A DNA stretch of 64,000 nt. It comes from Acidimicrobiales bacterium (lineage in GTDB: Bacteria; Actinomycetota; Acidimicrobiia; Acidimicrobiales; Bog-793). A program made the translations under genes and the position numbers. The stretch is taken from the NCBI GenBank assembly GCA_050014835.1, contig JBEKCO010000001.1, positions 32,334 to 96,333 of the forward strand, read 5' to 3'. Position 1 is the first letter of the stretch, and each line of letters opens with the position of its first letter. This document shows, piece after piece, positions 23,165 to 32,661 of the stretch. Under the pieces are notes generated by a model that searched no databases, was not told the DNA's origin, and saw only the letters and a list, made by a program, of their open reading frames with translations.

Positions 23165-24471
23165 CGCTCATCGAGCGCCGGTTTCGGGAGCGGATCGTGC
23201 TCGTCGGAGTCGTGACGCGGCCGCGCGGGCCAGGAGAGGTCGAGGCGAGCCTCGACGAGCTGAGTCTGCTCATCGACACCGCCGGAGCCGACGAGGTGGC
23301 CCGGGTCGTCCAGTCGCGGGACGCGATCGACCCGGCGACGTACATCGGGCGCGGCAAGGCCGAGGAGCTCCACCTGCTGTGCGAGTCGGTCGACGCCGAC
23401 ACCGTCGTTTTCGACGACGAGCTGAACCCCGCCCAGCAGCGCAATCTCGAGGGGATCCTCGGGCGCACGGCGATCGACCGGACCGCCGTGATCCTCGACA
23501 TCTTCGCCCAGAACGCCCGGACCGAGGAGGGCCGCGCCCAGGTCGAGTTGGCGCTGCTGCAGTACCGGCTGCCGCGGCTGCGCGGCCGGGGGATGACGCT
23601 TTCGCAGCAGGCCGGTCGGATCGGCACCCGGGGCCCCGGCGAGACGCAGCTGGAAGTCGACCGACGGCGCATCACGCAGCGGATCCAACGGTTGCAGGTC
23701 GTGCTCACCAACCTCGAGTCGACGCGACAGACCCAGCGCCGCGCCCGTCGGCGCGGATCCCGGCGGAGCGTTTCGCTCGTTGGCTACACGAACACCGGGA
23801 AGTCGACGCTTCTCAACGCCTTGACCGACGCCGACGTGATCGTCGAGAACCGCCTCTTCGCGACGCTCGACCCGAGGACCCGCCGGCTCGAACTGCCGGG
23901 AGGAGAGACCGTGCTCTGCTCGGACACGGTCGGATTCGTTCGCAAGCTCCCGCACCAGCTCGTCACGGCCTTCCACTCGACGCTCGAGACGGTGGCGGAC
24001 TCCGACCTCCTCGTCCACGTCGTCGACGCCGCCGCGGCGGATCCCGACAGCCAGATCGCCGCCGTAAGGTCGGTGCTCGCCGAGATCGGCGCCGATTCGG
24101 TGCCCGAGATCTTCGCCTTCAACAAGTGCGACCGCGGGCGGCGGGCCGCGGTCCGGCTCCACGCGTTGTATCCGGATTCGGTGATCTGCTCGGCGCTTTC
24201 GGGCGAGGGTCTCGACGACCTGCTCGGGGCCATCGGAGAGGCGCTGCGCGCCCACGACCGAACGGTCGATCTCTCGGTCCCGTACGAGAGGGGCGACGTG
24301 ATCGCTGCCCTCCACCGGGGAGGCGAGGTGCTCGACCAGCACGACTCCGGGTCCGGGCTGTCCGTCCGGGTCCGTCTCGATGAGGCCGGCCGGCGCCGCT
24401 TCGCCCAGTTCACGACCCGGACCGACCGCGGCGCCGGGGCGGGGTCCGCCGGGGACGGTGCCGAGCCGTGA
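23161..24471 (+). CDS. hflX: GTPase HflX
   Basis: GTGA overlap with dapF. G motifs GYTNTGKSTLLNAL, DTVGF and NKCD. Confidence 0.9.
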   Translation: MTLIERRFRERIVLVGVVTRPRGPGEVEASLDELSLLIDTAGADEVARVVQSRDAIDPATYIGRGKAEELHLLCESVDADTVVFDDELNPAQQRNLEGILGRTAIDRTAVILDIFAQNARTEEGRAQVELALLQYRLPRLRGRGMTLSQQAGRIGTRGPGETQLEVDRRRITQRIQRLQVVLTNLESTRQTQRRARRRGSRRSVSLVGYTNTGKSTLLNALTDADVIVENRLFATLDPRTRRLELPGGETVLCSDTVGFVRKLPHQLVTAFHSTLETVADSDLLVHVVDAAAADPDSQIAAVRSVLAEIGADSVPEIFAFNKCDRGRRAAVRLHALYPDSVICSALSGEGLDDLLGAIGEALRAHDRTVDLSVPYERGDVIAALHRGGEVLDQHDSGSGLSVRVRLDEAGRRRFAQFTTRTDRGAGAGSAGDGAEP

Positions 24472-24567
24472 GCGCCGCCGGTGCCCGTGTCCGAACGGTG
24501 CCGGACGGGCCCGGCGTGTACCCGGGGCGAAGGGTCGGGTCGCGTTAGCCTCGCAGCAGGAGGCGTG

Positions 24568-25392
24568 ATGGACGGTCTCGAGGCCTCGGTACACGAGCTC
24601 TGGCAGCACCGGGGCGAGCTGTCCGCGGCCGACGACGGAGCCGCCGAAACGGTCATGGAGGCGGTCTCGCTGCTCGACTCCGGAGCCGCCCGCGTCGCCG
24701 AGATCGCCGCGGGAGGCGATGTCGTCGTACACGAGTGGCTGCGCGAGGCAATCCTGTTGTTGTTCGCGCTCTCGCGGATCACGACCGTGGAGCTCGGACC
24801 CTTCGAGTACGCCGACAAGATCCCGCTGAAGAAGGACTTCGTGGCCAAGGGCGTTCGCGTGGTGCCGGGCGCCTCGGCGCGCTGGGGAGCGTTCCTCGAC
24901 CGCGGCGTGATCCTCATGCCGAGCTACGTGAACATCGGGGCGCGCGTCGGTGCCGGCACGCTCGTCGACACGTGGGCGACGGTCGGCTCGTGCGCCCAGA
25001 TCGGGGCCCGGGTCCACCTGTCGGGTGGCGTCGGCATCGGCGGGGTGCTGGAACCGCTGAACGCTGTTCCGGTTGTCGTCGAGGATGACGCGCTGATCGG
25101 CAGCCGCTCAATCGTCGCCGAGGGTGCCCGAGTCGGCGAGGGCGCCGTCCTCGGGGCGGGCTCGATCCTCACGGGGTCCGTGCCGGTCATTGAGGCGGCA
25201 ACGGGCGAGGAGATCAGCCGGGGGAGGGTTCCGCCCTGGACCGTCGCCGTCGGCGCGTCGCGTCGGCGCGAGTACCCCGGCGGGGAGTTCTTCCTGCCGT
25301 GCGTGCTCGTCGTCCGGCACCTCGCCGAGGGGGAGCGCCACGACAAGGCGCAGCTGAACGAGATCCTGCGCGACGCCGGCGTCGCTCCCTGA
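24568..25392 (+). CDS. dapD: 2,3,4,5-tetrahydropyridine-2,6-dicarboxylate N-succinyltransferase
   Basis: ATG at 24568 after AGGAGG. Hexapeptide-repeat region SYVNIGARVGAGTLVDTWATVGSCAQIGARVHLSGGVGIGG. Confidence 0.8.
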   Translation: MDGLEASVHELWQHRGELSAADDGAAETVMEAVSLLDSGAARVAEIAAGGDVVVHEWLREAILLLFALSRITTVELGPFEYADKIPLKKDFVAKGVRVVPGASARWGAFLDRGVILMPSYVNIGARVGAGTLVDTWATVGSCAQIGARVHLSGGVGIGGVLEPLNAVPVVVEDDALIGSRSIVAEGARVGEGAVLGAGSILTGSVPVIEAATGEEISRGRVPPWTVAVGASRRREYPGGEFFLPCVLVVRHLAEGERHDKAQLNEILRDAGVAP

Positions 25393-25402
25393 ACGTGACA
25401 CC

Positions 25403-26476
25403 GTGACCGACCTGTTGGGACTCACCGCCGAGCTCGTCGGCATTCCGTCGGTGAGCCACGACGAGGCCGCGATCGCCGCTTTCGTGGAGTCCGAGCTGCG
25501 GCGTAATCGCGGGCTCGCCGTCACGCGCATCGCCGACAACGTCGTCGCCCACACCTCGCTCGGCCGCGCCGAGCGGGTCCTTCTCGCCGGCCACCTCGAC
25601 ACCGTCCCGCCGGCCGGCAACGAAGGGTCGCGCCTCGACGGCGATGTCTGCCACGGGCTGGGGAGCGTCGACATGAAAGGCGGAGTCGCCGTCTTAGTCG
25701 CGCTCGCCGCCGAGCTCACCGAGCCGGTCTACGACCTCACCTTCGTCCTTTACAGCGGGGAGGAGGTCGAGCGGCGCTACTCGGGCCTCGCCGCCCTCGA
25801 GGCGGCGCGCCCCGACCTGCTCGTCGCCGACGCCGCGTTCTTGCTCGAGCCGACCGGTGCGGTCGTCGAAGCCGGTTGCCAGGGCTCGATGCGGCTCATC
25901 GTGGAGATGCGGGGTTCGCCCGCCCACGCGGCGCGCCCGTGGATGGGGAAGAACGCGCTCCACCGCCTCGGCGCGCTGCTCGGGCGCGTCGGCGAGTTCG
26001 ACGACCGCCGGCCCGTGCTCGACGGCTGCGAGTACCACGAGTCACTCCAGGCGGTGTGGGCCGAAGGGGGGTCAACCGCGAAGGCGAACGTCGTGCCCGA
26101 CCGGGCCGTGGCGCTCCTCAGCCACCGCTTCGCACCTGACCGGAACGCCGAGGCGGCCCTCGATTCGATCCGCGCGCTTCTCGGACCGGCGCTCGACATT
26201 GCGGCCGGTGACGTGATCGAGGTCGAGGAGGTCTCGGATCCGGCGCCTCCGAACCTCGGCCATCCCGTCCTCGCCTCGCTCGTCGCGGCGAGCGAGGCGA
26301 AACCCCGCGCCAAGCTCGGGTGGACCGATGTCGCGCGCTTTGCCGCTTGGGGCGTGCCGGCGGCGAACTTCGGCCCGGGGGACCCGATGCTCTGCCACCA
26401 CCCGGACGAGAGAATCAGCCGCCGGGAACTCGAGGCGGCGTACTCGGTGCTCCGGTCGTTGCTCGCCGGGGCCTGA
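25403..26476 (+). CDS. dapE: succinyl-diaminopimelate desuccinylase (M20 peptidase)
   Basis: Motifs AGHLDTVP and GSVDMKGG. Sits next to dapD. Confidence 0.8.
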   Translation: MTDLLGLTAELVGIPSVSHDEAAIAAFVESELRRNRGLAVTRIADNVVAHTSLGRAERVLLAGHLDTVPPAGNEGSRLDGDVCHGLGSVDMKGGVAVLVALAAELTEPVYDLTFVLYSGEEVERRYSGLAALEAARPDLLVADAAFLLEPTGAVVEAGCQGSMRLIVEMRGSPAHAARPWMGKNALHRLGALLGRVGEFDDRRPVLDGCEYHESLQAVWAEGGSTAKANVVPDRAVALLSHRFAPDRNAEAALDSIRALLGPALDIAAGDVIEVEEVSDPAPPNLGHPVLASLVAASEAKPRAKLGWTDVARFAAWGVPAANFGPGDPMLCHHPDERISRRELEAAYSVLRSLLAGA

Positions 26477-26481
26477 GCCGC

Positions 26482-27114
26482 CTACAGGCGGCGCAGGACG
26501 GTCACGACCTTGCCGTAGATCGAGACCTCCTCGGGCGGCAGCTCGATCTCGGCGAAGTCGGGGTTCGCCGGCACGAGCACGATGTGACCGTGCCGGCGGC
26601 GGAAGGTCTTCACCGTCGCCTCGCCGTCCGGGATGCCGGCGACGACGACGTCGCCGGGCTCGGCATCAGGCTGGTGACGCACGACGACGAGGTCGTCGTT
26701 GAGGATGCCCGCCCCGATCATCGAGTCGCCGCGCACCCGCAGCATGAACAACTCACCCGGTCCGGTGAGGTCCTCCGGCACCGGTAGGACCTCCTCGACG
26801 TTCTCCTCGGCGAGCACGCCGACGCCGGCGGCGACGTCACCGACGAGGGGCACGTGGGCGACGGGTCGCGCGCCGATCGCGGCGCCCGACGAGGGCTCGA
26901 AGGAGACCTCGATCGCGCGCGGCTTCGTCGGGTCGCGACGCAGGTAGCCCTGGCGCTGGAGGATCTGCAGGTGGGCGTGGACGGTCGAGGAGGAGGTGAG
27001 CCCCACCGCCTCGCCGATCTCGCGCACCGACGGCGGGTAGCCGCGTTCGCGGACCTCGCGTTCGATGAACTCGAGAATCTGACGACGCTTGCCCGAGAGT
27101 TGGGTTTCGGCCAT
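26482..27114 (-). CDS. lexA: LexA repressor
   Basis: ATG at 27114. HTH GYPPSVREIGEAVGL, an Ala-Gly cleavage region VGDVAAG and Ser protease motif RGDSM. Confidence 0.9.
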   Translation of the reverse strand: MAETQLSGKRRQILEFIEREVRERGYPPSVREIGEAVGLTSSSTVHAHLQILQRQGYLRRDPTKPRAIEVSFEPSSGAAIGARPVAHVPLVGDVAAGVGVLAEENVEEVLPVPEDLTGPGELFMLRVRGDSMIGAGILNDDLVVVRHQPDAEPGDVVVAGIPDGEATVKTFRRRHGHIVLVPANPDFAEIELPPEEVSIYGKVVTVLRRL

Positions 27115-27187
27115 CTGCCCCGCCTTTCGCGAACGGCCCGCGGCCACGTCCTGACCTCGAAGTTACCTCCGTGTCACACCCAGATGC

Positions 27188-27199
27188 AAACATCCGTTC
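27188..27199. promoter_or_regulatory. degenerate SOS (Cheo-type) box AAAC-ATCC-GTTC
   Basis: One mismatch to GAAC-N4-GTTC. Lies in the lexA/LysM divergent intergenic region. Confidence 0.35.
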
Positions 27200-27202
27200 G
27201 TG

Positions 27203-27214
27203 GAACACCCGTTC
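27203..27214. promoter_or_regulatory. SOS box GAAC-ACCC-GTTC
   Basis: Exact GAAC-N4-GTTC core. Confidence 0.55.
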
Positions 27215-27230
27215 GCCCGGTCGTTGACAC

Positions 27231-27244
27231 CGAACAGACGTTCG
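27231..27244. promoter_or_regulatory. SOS box CGAAC-AGAC-GTTCG
   Basis: Best match to the Gram-positive/actinobacterial consensus TCGAAC-N4-GTTCGA. Lies between lexA and the LysM gene. Confidence 0.7.
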
Positions 27245-27316
27245 TGCGACGATGGTTGCCGGGCAGCCGAACGTACGTACGGACGCCCGGCGGGTTCCTT
27301 TCCTTCGGAGGCAGAT

Positions 27317-27727
27317 ATGGCGGCGGTGGTCGGTTCGCTCCGGGAGGCGAGGGTCCGTCTTGTCCCGCATCCCGGGCAGGCGTCCCTCGGGCTCGTCGGA
27401 GGCGATGACGGGCGGGCGACGTCTCTTCTCGTCGGCCCGAGGCCCCGCGCCGCGACCCGGCGCCGGGTGGGCGGCGCCCTGGCCGCGCTCGTGGCGTTCG
27501 CCGGGCTCTGGATCGGCGCGGGGGCGCTGCGGGCGACGCAGAACGCCCCGGCCGGCGCCGGAGGTCGCGAGATCGTCTACGTCGCTCGTCCCGGCGACAC
27601 CCTGTGGGCGATCGCCACGCGGCTCGACCCGGCGGGCGACCCGGTCGAGGTCGTCGCGACCCTCGCCGCCGAGCTCCATGGGGCCGCTCTCCGGCCCGGG
27701 ACCGTCCTCACCGTCCCCTCGTCCTGA
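27317..27727 (+). CDS. LysM-domain membrane protein, ChiZ-like (candidate SOS-induced cell-division inhibitor)
   Basis: ATG at 27317 after GGAGG. Arg-rich N-terminus, one TM segment (ALAALVAFAGLWIGAGAL) and a C-terminal LysM domain (YVARPGDTLWAIATRL...GTVLTVP). Same position and divergent orientation as Rv2719c next to lexA. Confidence 0.7.
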   Translation: MAAVVGSLREARVRLVPHPGQASLGLVGGDDGRATSLLVGPRPRAATRRRVGGALAALVAFAGLWIGAGALRATQNAPAGAGGREIVYVARPGDTLWAIATRLDPAGDPVEVVATLAAELHGAALRPGTVLTVPSS

Positions 27728-27782
27728 CGGGCGGTGTCCCGACGCACCGGGGTCGAAGCCCTGGGAGCGCTACTCTCCCGCG

Positions 27783-28298
27783 GTGCGTTGTCCGAGGTGT
27801 TCGGCCGGCGATGACCACGTCATCGACTCGCGCGAGGTCGACCGCGGCGAGTCGATCCGTCGGCGCCGCGAGTGCCGAAACTGCGGTTACCGCTTCACGA
27901 CCTTCGAGCGCCTCGGCGGTCCGGTCACCTTCGTCGTGAAAAGGTCCGCCGAACGGGAGCCGTTCCGTCGTGAGAAGGTCGTGGCTGGGGTCCGGGCGGC
28001 CTGCAAGAACCGGCCGGTCGACGCCGAGGCGATCGAGGCGCTCGCCGTCGCCGTCGAGAACGAGCTCGCCCACTCGGGTCGCGACGTGACGACCGAGCAG
28101 ATCGGTGTCGCCGTGCTCGACCGCCTGCGCGTCCTCGACGACGTTGCCTATATCCGCTTTGCCAGCGTGTACAAGGGTTTCGAGAACCTCGGCGACTTCG
28201 CGCGGGAAGCGGGGCTTTTGACGAAGGCGACGGCGCCGAAGCAGCACCACCCGCCCGAGGGCGTGCCGGCTGCCCGCACGACCCGGGCCCCGGGCTGA
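27783..28298 (+). CDS. nrdR: transcriptional repressor NrdR
   Basis: GTG at 27783. Zinc ribbon CPRC...CRNCGYRFTTFE followed by an ATP-cone. Confidence 0.85.
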   Translation: MRCPRCSAGDDHVIDSREVDRGESIRRRRECRNCGYRFTTFERLGGPVTFVVKRSAEREPFRREKVVAGVRAACKNRPVDAEAIEALAVAVENELAHSGRDVTTEQIGVAVLDRLRVLDDVAYIRFASVYKGFENLGDFAREAGLLTKATAPKQHHPPEGVPAARTTRAPG

Positions 28299-28304
28299 CG
28301 CGTC

Positions 28305-29018
28305 GTGTCCGTCGAACTGCTGAGCGACGCACCGCGCCGGGCCGTCGCCATCTACGCCCATCCGGACGACTCCGACGTCTCGTGCGGGGGGACGCTCGCG
28401 CGATGGGCGGACGCGGGGACGGTGGTCGATCTCGTCGTGTGCGCCGCTGGCGACAAGGGCACGAGGGAGGCCGTGCAGGATCGCGCCGAGCTCGTCGCGA
28501 CCCGTGCCGCCGAGATCGAGGCCGCGGCACGCGTCCTCGGGGTGTCCGGCGTGCACCGGCTGGGACGACCCGACGGGGAGTTCGAGAACGATCCCGATCT
28601 CCGTCGTGAGCTCGTGCGGTTGCTGCGCGAGCTGCGCCCGGAGGTGCTGGTCTGCCCCGACCCGCTCGCCGTGTTCTTCGGCGAGCACTACTACAACCAC
28701 CGCGACCACCGCGTCGTCGGTTTCGCCGCGCTCGACGCCGCGGCGCCGGGCGCGGCGTCGCCGCTGTACTTCCCCGACGCGGGGCCCCCGCACGCCGTCG
28801 GGTTCGCGTTGCTGTCGGGCTCGCTCGAACCGAACGTCTACGTCGAGGTGACGGCGACCGTCGGCCGCAAGGCGGACGCCGTTTGCTGTCACGTCAGCCA
28901 GCTCGGGGAGGCCGGGGAGTCGTTCCGGCCGGTGATGGAGGAGCGCGCCGCCGAGGCGGGCCGCGTCGCCGGCGTCGAGTACGCCGAGGCGTTCCGCCGG
29001 GTCTGGCTCGGGCCCTGA
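28305..29018 (+). CDS. PIG-L/LmbE family deacetylase
   Basis: AIYAHPDDSDVSCGGTL (HPDD motif) and HRDH. Confidence 0.75.
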   Translation: MSVELLSDAPRRAVAIYAHPDDSDVSCGGTLARWADAGTVVDLVVCAAGDKGTREAVQDRAELVATRAAEIEAAARVLGVSGVHRLGRPDGEFENDPDLRRELVRLLRELRPEVLVCPDPLAVFFGEHYYNHRDHRVVGFAALDAAAPGAASPLYFPDAGPPHAVGFALLSGSLEPNVYVEVTATVGRKADAVCCHVSQLGEAGESFRPVMEERAAEAGRVAGVEYAEAFRRVWLGP

Positions 29019-29065
29019 CCGAGGGAGCCCGCCTGCCCGACCTCCCTCGATCCGGCGTCCCGTCG

Positions 29066-30352
29066 GTGCGGCTCGGTACGGCCGTCGACGCGACCGACGT
29101 GCTGCACCTCGACATGGACTCGTTCTTCGCCGCGGTCGAGGTCCGCGCCGACCCGTCGCTCGCGGGCCGTCCGGTCGTCGTCGGGGGCTCCGGGCCCCGC
29201 TCGGTCGTGTCGTCGGCGTCGTACGAGTCGCGAGTCTTCGGTGTGCGCTCGGCGATGCCGATCGCCGAGGCGCGTCGGCGCTGTCCGGGTCTCGTCGTCG
29301 TCGCCGGGCACCACGAGGTCTACGAGAAGGTGAGCGCGCGCCTCGTCGGCCTCTGCCACGAGGTCACGCCGATCGTCGAGCCGATCTCGATCGACGAGGC
29401 ATTCCTCGACGTGTCCGGAGCGCACCAGCTGTTCGGCGACAGCTGGACGATCGCGACGAACCTGCGGCGACGGGTGCTCGACGAGCTCGCGCTCGCCTGC
29501 GCGATCGGGATCGGCCGGACCAAGCTCGTCGCCAAGCTCGCCTCGAAGGCGGCGAAACCCCGTGTCCGGCCCGGCGGATTCGACCCGGGCGCCGGCGTCG
29601 TTCTCGTCGCCCCCGTCGACGAGCTCTCCTTCCTCCACGCCCATCCGGTCCGGGCCGTTCCCGGGATCGGGCCCGCCACGGCGGAGCGCCTGCGCCGCAT
29701 CGGCGTGACGACGGTCGGGGACCTCGCGCTCGTCGGGCGCCAACGACTCGTCGAGATGTTCGGGGAGGCGCATGGCGCGGCGCTCTTCGAACTCGCGGTC
29801 GGGCGGGACGACCGGCGCGTGGTGACTGACCGCGTCCTGCGCTCCATCGGCCACGAGCGGACGTTCGACGTCGACGACCACGACCCGGCGTCGCTCGCCA
29901 GCAAGGCCCGCGAGCTCGCCGTTTCGGTCGCGGCGCGCTGCCGGGCCCGGGGCGTCGCCGCGAGGACGGTGTCGGTGAAGGTGCGGTTCGGAGACTTCGA
30001 GACGATCGACCGTTCCCGTTCGCTCGACCGCCCGGTGACGTCCGCCGCCGAGATCGCCGAGGTCGCGACGGCGTTGCTCGAGGCCGTCGATGCCGGCCGC
30101 GGGGTGCGCCTGCTCGGCGTGTCGGTGTCGAACCTCGGCGAGTCGAACCTCGAGCACGCCGTGCAGCTCGGCCTGTTCGCTGACGCCTCCGCCGGTCGGG
30201 ACGTCGCGGCGCCGCCCGGCCGGAGCGACGAGGTCGAGGTGGCGGCGGACGAGATCCGGCGCCGCTTCGGGCCAGACGCCATCACCTCGGCGGCGGCGGC
30301 CGGGCGCCGGGTGGGGCGACGTGGCGACCGACTCGGCCGGCAAGGGCGCTAG
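29066..30352 (+). CDS. dinB: DNA polymerase IV
   Basis: GTG at 29066. Motif HLDMDSFFAAVE. The Y-family palm and little-finger length fits. Confidence 0.85.
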   Translation: MRLGTAVDATDVLHLDMDSFFAAVEVRADPSLAGRPVVVGGSGPRSVVSSASYESRVFGVRSAMPIAEARRRCPGLVVVAGHHEVYEKVSARLVGLCHEVTPIVEPISIDEAFLDVSGAHQLFGDSWTIATNLRRRVLDELALACAIGIGRTKLVAKLASKAAKPRVRPGGFDPGAGVVLVAPVDELSFLHAHPVRAVPGIGPATAERLRRIGVTTVGDLALVGRQRLVEMFGEAHGAALFELAVGRDDRRVVTDRVLRSIGHERTFDVDDHDPASLASKARELAVSVAARCRARGVAARTVSVKVRFGDFETIDRSRSLDRPVTSAAEIAEVATALLEAVDAGRGVRLLGVSVSNLGESNLEHAVQLGLFADASAGRDVAAPPGRSDEVEVAADEIRRRFGPDAITSAAAAGRRVGRRGDRLGRQGR

Positions 30353-30495
30353 AGATCGATCCAGCGGCTTCCCGCGAGGACCTGCGGGCCGGTCGCGCGC
30401 GGCGGGGAGTTGCCGGGGGATTAGCGTGGCGGAGGGACACCGCCGCCGTGGTCCCGTCAGCGCCTGCCCGGTCGGCGCGGAGAGAAGGGGAGAAG

Positions 30496-30867
30496 GTGCC
30501 GCTTTCGGAAGACGAGCAGCGCATTCTCCACGAGATGGAACAGAAGCTGTTCGAGCACGACCGCGGATTCGCCAGTCGCGTCCGGACGAAACCCTCCCGC
30601 TCGCTCGCCGGCCGTTCGATGTGGTGGTCGGCGGTGATCTTCCTCATCGGGTTCGCCGTGCTCCTCGTCTCGTTCCGCTCGTCCACCCTGATCGGGACCT
30701 TCGGGTTCCTCGTCATGCTTGTGGCGGCGCTGCTTTTCGAGCGCAGCGCCCGTCTGGTTTTCGGGCGGGCCGACGCGTCGGGCCGCAAGGCGAGACCGCG
30801 TGTGCTTTCCGAGGAGCTGTCGATGATCGGTCGGCGCCTGCGGTCACGATTCGGCCGCGAGCGCTGA
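30496..30867 (+). CDS. DUF3040 domain membrane protein
   Basis: GTG at 30496 after GGGGAGAAGG. N-terminal PLSEDEQRILHEMEQKL followed by two TM helices. Confidence 0.7.
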   Translation: MPLSEDEQRILHEMEQKLFEHDRGFASRVRTKPSRSLAGRSMWWSAVIFLIGFAVLLVSFRSSTLIGTFGFLVMLVAALLFERSARLVFGRADASGRKARPRVLSEELSMIGRRLRSRFGRER

Positions 30868-30872
30868 GCGCC

Positions 30873-31181
30873 GTGGACCGGGCCGAACGAGCGGCCCTTG
30901 CGGCACAGTTCCGTTCCATGGCCGCGGTCGTTTTCCGTCGGCCGCGACTCCTCCCCACAGCGGCGCGGCTCGGGCTCAGCCTCGTTCGGAGGCGCTGGTG
31001 GTGCCGACGCCCGTTCCTCCCGCTGCCGGACCCGGACTGGATCGCTTTCCGCATGGAGGTCGCCTACGGAACCGCGACCGCGGTGCCTAAGGCGGAGGAT
31101 CTCGCCGATTATCTCGAATGGGCCCGCCAGATGCGCACGCTGCAAGGGACATGGCGCTCACGCAGACGGGTGGCGCGCTAG
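30873..31181 (+). CDS. hypothetical small protein
   Basis: The GTG lies 6 nt after the DUF3040 stop. GC3-rich frame with no recognisable motif. An alternative ATG lies at 30918. Confidence 0.35.
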   Translation: MDRAERAALAAQFRSMAAVVFRRPRLLPTAARLGLSLVRRRWWCRRPFLPLPDPDWIAFRMEVAYGTATAVPKAEDLADYLEWARQMRTLQGTWRSRRRVAR

Positions 31182-31205
31182 CCTCGCCGCAGATGCCGGC
31201 GCGCA

Positions 31206-31748
31206 ATGTTTTCGGGGACGATCGGGTCTGACGTGGACGGGAGATCCCTCGTTCTCAACGCGACGTACGAGCCGATCTGCGTCGTGTCCTCGCGCCGGGC
31301 GCTCGTTCTGGTGATCGAGGAGAAGGCCGAGCTCGTCCACGAGACGGGCCGGCTCTACCACGCCGCGCGGGTCGCGTTCCCCGAGCCGTCGGTCGTGCGC
31401 CTGGCGCACTACGTGCGTGTGCCGTACACGGCGCGCATCGCCATCACGCGTCGCAGCGTGTTCGCCCGCGACGGGCACCGCTGCCAGTACTGCGGCGGCC
31501 AGGCCGAGAACATCGACCACGTCACGCCGCGCAGCCGCGGTGGGGCGCACATCTGGGAGAACGTGGTCGCGGCGTGCCGGCGCTGCAACTCGCTTAAAGA
31601 GGACCGGCTCCTCGAAGAGGCGGGGCTCACGCTCCACCGCGCCCCGCACGCGCCCCGGTCGCGCGTCTGGCTGCTCGCCGCCTCCGGCGAGCTGCGCGCC
31701 GAGTGGGAGCCGTACGTGGCGCCACTTTTCGAGCGCGCCGCGGGCTAG
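31206..31748 (+). CDS. HNH endonuclease
   Basis: HRCQYCG...[11 protein letters not shown]...[13 protein letters not shown] (HNH with a zinc-binding CxxC pair). Confidence 0.8.
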   Translation: MFSGTIGSDVDGRSLVLNATYEPICVVSSRRALVLVIEEKAELVHETGRLYHAARVAFPEPSVVRLAHYVRVPYTARIAITRRSVFARDGHRCQYCGGQAENIDHVTPRSRGGAHIWENVVAACRRCNSLKEDRLLEEAGLTLHRAPHAPRSRVWLLAASGELRAEWEPYVAPLFERAAG

Positions 31749-31758
31749 CGCCACCGGC

Positions 31759-32514
31759 GTGCCGGAGCCCGCGCCGGCTTGGCGCGGCGGTTGGCGGCTG
31801 CTGGAGCGGCACGGCCCGCCCGCGACGCTCGTCGCGACCCCCCCCGACCCCGCCGGCGGCCGTCTCGCCTGCCTCGCCCATCCGAGTGGCGGTGCCGTCG
31901 TGCTCGGAAGCGCGCAGACATCGGCCGAGTTCGATGCCGACCGCTGTGTGAGCGCGGGGCTCGAGCTCGTGAAGCGGCGGAGCGGCGGCGGGGCGGTGGT
32001 CGTGCTGCCCGGCGCGCAGGTTTGGCTTGACCTTTTCGTGCCGGCGTCGGATCAGCTGTTCGACAACGACGTCGTGCGGGCTTCGTCCTTCGTCGGCGCG
32101 TTGTGGCGCGACGCGCTCGTTGCCGCGACGGGCTCTTCGGCGGGGCTCGCCGTCCACACGGACGGGCTCGTCGCGACGGCGTGGTCGCGCCGGATCTGTT
32201 TCTCGGGACTCGGGCCGGGGGAGCTGACGCGTAGCGGTCGGAAGGTGACCGGGCTCGCCCAGCGGCGCGACCGCACCGGAGCCTGGTTCTTCACGATGGC
32301 GCTCGTCCGGCCCGAACAGCACCGGCTGGCCTCGCTCCTCGCCGTCGACGCCGGGGAGGCCGCGGCGATCGAGACGTCGCTCGAGGCGGAAACGGTGGTC
32401 GCCGGCTGCCCGGCTGCGGAACTCGAACGGACGCTCGCCGCCGGTCTCGGCGGCGTCTGGTCACCGGGCGAAGACGTGCCAGCCGAGCCACATCCAGGCG
32501 AGCGCGAGGACTAG
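31759..32514 (+). CDS. biotin/lipoate A/B protein ligase family protein
   Basis: RSGGGAVVVLPG and GRKVTGLAQRR (GxKxxGxAQ type). The start at GTG 31759 is approximate. Confidence 0.6.
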   Translation: MPEPAPAWRGGWRLLERHGPPATLVATPPDPAGGRLACLAHPSGGAVVLGSAQTSAEFDADRCVSAGLELVKRRSGGGAVVVLPGAQVWLDLFVPASDQLFDNDVVRASSFVGALWRDALVAATGSSAGLAVHTDGLVATAWSRRICFSGLGPGELTRSGRKVTGLAQRRDRTGAWFFTMALVRPEQHRLASLLAVDAGEAAAIETSLEAETVVAGCPAAELERTLAAGLGGVWSPGEDVPAEPHPGERED

Positions 32515-32661
32515 GCGCCCGACCGGCGCCCCGCTGATCCGGCTGAGCGTCCCGCCGATCCCGGCGAAACGACGCCGGCTCGACAGCGCGAGCGCCTCGA
32601 GCCCGGCGAACACCGCGGCGATGGCGATCCAGGCGACGATCGTGAGGGCGTGGTCGCTCAT
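32461..32661 (-). CDS. small membrane protein (66 aa)
   Basis: ATG at 32661 overlaps the upstream stop (ATGA). Two hydrophobic helices. C-terminal motif LAWMWLGWHVFAR. Confidence 0.5.
   Translation of the reverse strand: MSDHALTIVAWIAIAAVFAGLEALALSSRRRFAGIGGTLSRISGAPVGRLVLALAWMWLGWHVFAR

Noticed and set aside
22753-25017. 754 aa minus-strand ORF.
   Set aside because: It is antisense to dapF, hflX and dapD and has no recognisable domain. This is a GC artefact. The same reasoning applies to 5433..7373, 11845..13725, 1389..2378, 3240..4553, 28889..30343 and 56844..58304.
28883-29065. Long N-terminal extension of dinB from the first in-frame start (489 aa ORF).
   Set aside because: The extension lies in an alternative frame of the PIG-L gene's 3' end and is Arg/Gly/Pro junk. 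The conserved polymerase N-terminus (HLDMDSFF) begins shortly after GTG 29066.
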